From Octopus sinensis (lineage: Eukaryota), in NCBI RefSeq assembly GCF_006345805.1, contig NW_021826911.1, positions 1-11,557 on the forward strand: 11,557 bases of DNA. Direction: 5' to 3'. Positions 9,987 through 11,557 of this stretch are shown here, piece by piece (the first letter of the stretch is position 1; every line of letters starts with the position of its first letter). Position numbers and translations under genes: made by a program. The notes under the pieces are model-generated. The model was not told the origin of the DNA. It saw nothing but the letters and a program-made list of their open reading frames with translations, and made no database searches.

Positions 9987-9987
<1 letters not shown>

Positions 9988-10051
<64 letters not shown>

Positions 10052-10102
10052 CCCCTCCCCCCTCTCTCTCTATCTCTCTCTCTCTCTATCTCTCTATCTC
10101 TC

Positions 10103-10164
<62 letters not shown>

Positions 10165-10203
10165 ATCTATCTGTTTATCTATCTTCTATCTATCTATCTA
10201 TCT
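9988..10203 (+). repeat. Compound (TATC)n/(TC)n microsatellite between copies B and C
   Basis: Read directly; includes a C-rich/(TC)n core at ~10052-10104. Confidence 0.97.
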
Positions 10204-10579
10204 AAAAAAAAAAAAAAAAAAAGATATAAATGTGACTTCATTGACCGAGGTTACCGTGTCTTTCCGCAGGCTTTTCTCCATCTGGTAAACCTCACCTGTC
10301 CTCGCCCCTTTACACTTCATATTGACATTTCTGTGATAACGATCCCTATTGATCATTTTTTTGTTTCCTCTCCCCCCCCCTTTTTTTTTTTTTAACCCCC
10401 CTTATTTTTTGTGTTGTCCTCTTTCTCTCCTTTTACGATCCCTTTGATCGAACCTCCCCCTTCCTTTTTTTTTTTTTTTTTTTTTTTTAATACCTTTTTT
10501 TTTTTTTAACCTTCAAAAGAAAGCTCTACCTTGTAATTGTTCTATCTGTGTGCAGCCCTGTGTGGCTAATAAAGAAACA
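10204..10579 (+). mobile_element. Tx1 LINE copy C, 3'UTR only
   Basis: Begins in the internal A-run (B 9652-9668) and aligns to B through GCCCTGTGTGGCTAATAAAGAAACA. Confidence 0.95.
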
Positions 10580-10617
10580 TATCTATCTAACTATCTATCT
10601 ATTTATCTATCTGTGTA

Positions 10618-10648
<31 letters not shown>
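10580..10648 (+). repeat. (TATC)n followed by (GT)n microsatellite
   Basis: TATC units 10580-10612; GT units to 10648. Confidence 0.95.
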
Positions 10649-11183
10649 AGTGTTGCACAGTACCCGTTGAAAATAACGAGGTTGATTTCAGTTTTCTGTT
10701 GGTAATTCTTATTAATCTTTCCGTTTTAACCTACAGTTTTGCCCTCAACGTTACCTATTGTTACTTTATCTTTCCATTTCACATTCAGTAATAAGTTTTT
10801 CTCAAAATCTTCATCTTCTCTATGCGATTTCTTTGCAGCTAAGAATCTCTGCATTTGGCTGATTTAAAAATACTTGTTGTATATATGAAAATATCGACGC
10901 CTATCTTCCTTAATCATCCAGTCAAATTTCATTATTTTCGCTGATTCAATCAACATACACTACACTTCAATTAATTTTCGTATTTGTCTTTAGAGTTCTG
11001 TCAGTTTTCTTCCATTCACTATCACTTCACTTCTCTAATTTCCGAACATCATCTTTACACTTCGATAAATTTCTCTACTTCAGGTCCCCCCCCCACCCTT
11101 TGTGAAACTCTTTCCCACTCTGGTCATTTTTCTCATCTATCTATCTTATCTCTCTCTTCTCCACCTCTCTCTCTCTCTCTCGT

Positions 11184-11214
11184 TGTTCAGTCTTGTGTGG
11201 CTAATAAAGAAACA
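11184..11214 (+). mobile_element. Tx1 LINE copy D, ~31-bp extreme 3' terminus inside a (TC)n tract
   Basis: TGTTCAGTCTTGTGTGGCTAATAAAGAAACA matches the end of copy A at 29 of 31 positions; (TC)n lies on both sides (11165-11181 and 11215-11240). Confidence 0.88.
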
Positions 11215-11256
<42 letters not shown>

Positions 11257-11307
11257 GATTTTGTCATCTGTCTGTCTGTCTATGTGCCTGTCTATTTTTG
11301 TCTTCTG

Positions 11308-11370
<63 letters not shown>

Positions 11371-11377
11371 GTCTATC
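11215..11377 (+). repeat. Compound (TC)n/(TATC)n/(TGTC)n microsatellite between copies D and E
   Basis: Read directly; perfect TATC run at ~11308-11370. Confidence 0.93.
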
Positions 11378-11557
11378 TTTTTTTTTCCTCTCCCCCTTTT
11401 TTTTAAACGCCCCCTTTTTTTGTCCTCTTTCTGTTCTTTTACGATCCCTTTTGATCGAAACCCCCCTTCCTTTTTTTTTTTTTTTTTTAAACCTTCAAAA
11501 GAAAAGCTCTACCTTGTAATTTGTTCTATCTGTGTGCAGCCCTGTGTGGCTAATAAA
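11378..11557 (+). mobile_element. Tx1 LINE copy E, distal 3'UTR, reaching the window edge at AATAAA
   Basis: Aligns to B ~9805-9981, including CGATCCCTTTTGATCG, AAAAGAAAAGCTCTACCTTGTAAT and GCAGCCCTGTGTGGCTAATAAA. Confidence 0.93.

Larger units (their letters stand above)
3699..9987 (+). mobile_element. Apparently full-length (~6.3 kb) Tx1-clade non-LTR retrotransposon, copy B
   Basis: 5'UTR of ~220 bp, ORF1 with CCHC knuckle, ORF2 with APE endonuclease, RT and C-terminal zinc finger, and a 3'UTR ending AATAAAACAACA into (TATC)n. L1/Tx1-type motifs include GPGYWKLN, KSPGLDGLPYELY, GRTIHDNL and WAERKLSLKGRAEVAN. Confidence 0.93.

Noticed and set aside
3573-10203. Target-site duplications for copy B (and the other copies)
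   Set aside because: They cannot be defined inside perfect microsatellite.
10650-11160. Purine-rich minus strand with a ~42-codon frame (MQRFLAAKKSHREDEDFEK...)
   Set aside because: Too short, with weak splice signals and no recognisable homology.
2327-11557. CRISPR-like repeat/spacer or LTR interpretation of the recurring 3'UTR
   Set aside because: The repeats are variably 5'-truncated LINE ends; there are no fixed-length spacers, cas genes, TG..CA termini, PBS or integrase.

Overview
Eukaryotic, AT-rich, apparently non-genic DNA. The host is probably a cephalopod or other mollusc, inferred only from a remembered resemblance of the SINE at ~1010-1157. The window is dominated by a head-to-tail array of five copies of one Tx1-clade (L1 group) non-LTR retrotransposon, all on the + strand, each embedded in (TATC)n/(TC)n microsatellite. 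Copy A (2414-3572) is 5'-truncated. Copy B (~3699-9987) is apparently full length, with a CCHC-knuckle ORF1 and an APE-endonuclease/RT/zinc-finger ORF2. Copy C (10204-10579) is 3'UTR only, copy D (11184-11214) is a ~31-bp tail, and copy E (11378 to window end) is a partial 3'UTR. No complete copy has a poly(A) tail: A-D end with AATAAA plus 6 nt running straight into the repeat, and every 5' junction also abuts the repeat. This points to a microsatellite-targeting, (GATA/TATC)n-specific LINE family with a conserved structured 3'UTR. The frameshifts in copy B look like 1-nt sequencing deletions, so the element may be intact. Upstream there is a degenerate SINE with a TA-flanked Tc1/mariner-type MITE nested in its tail.
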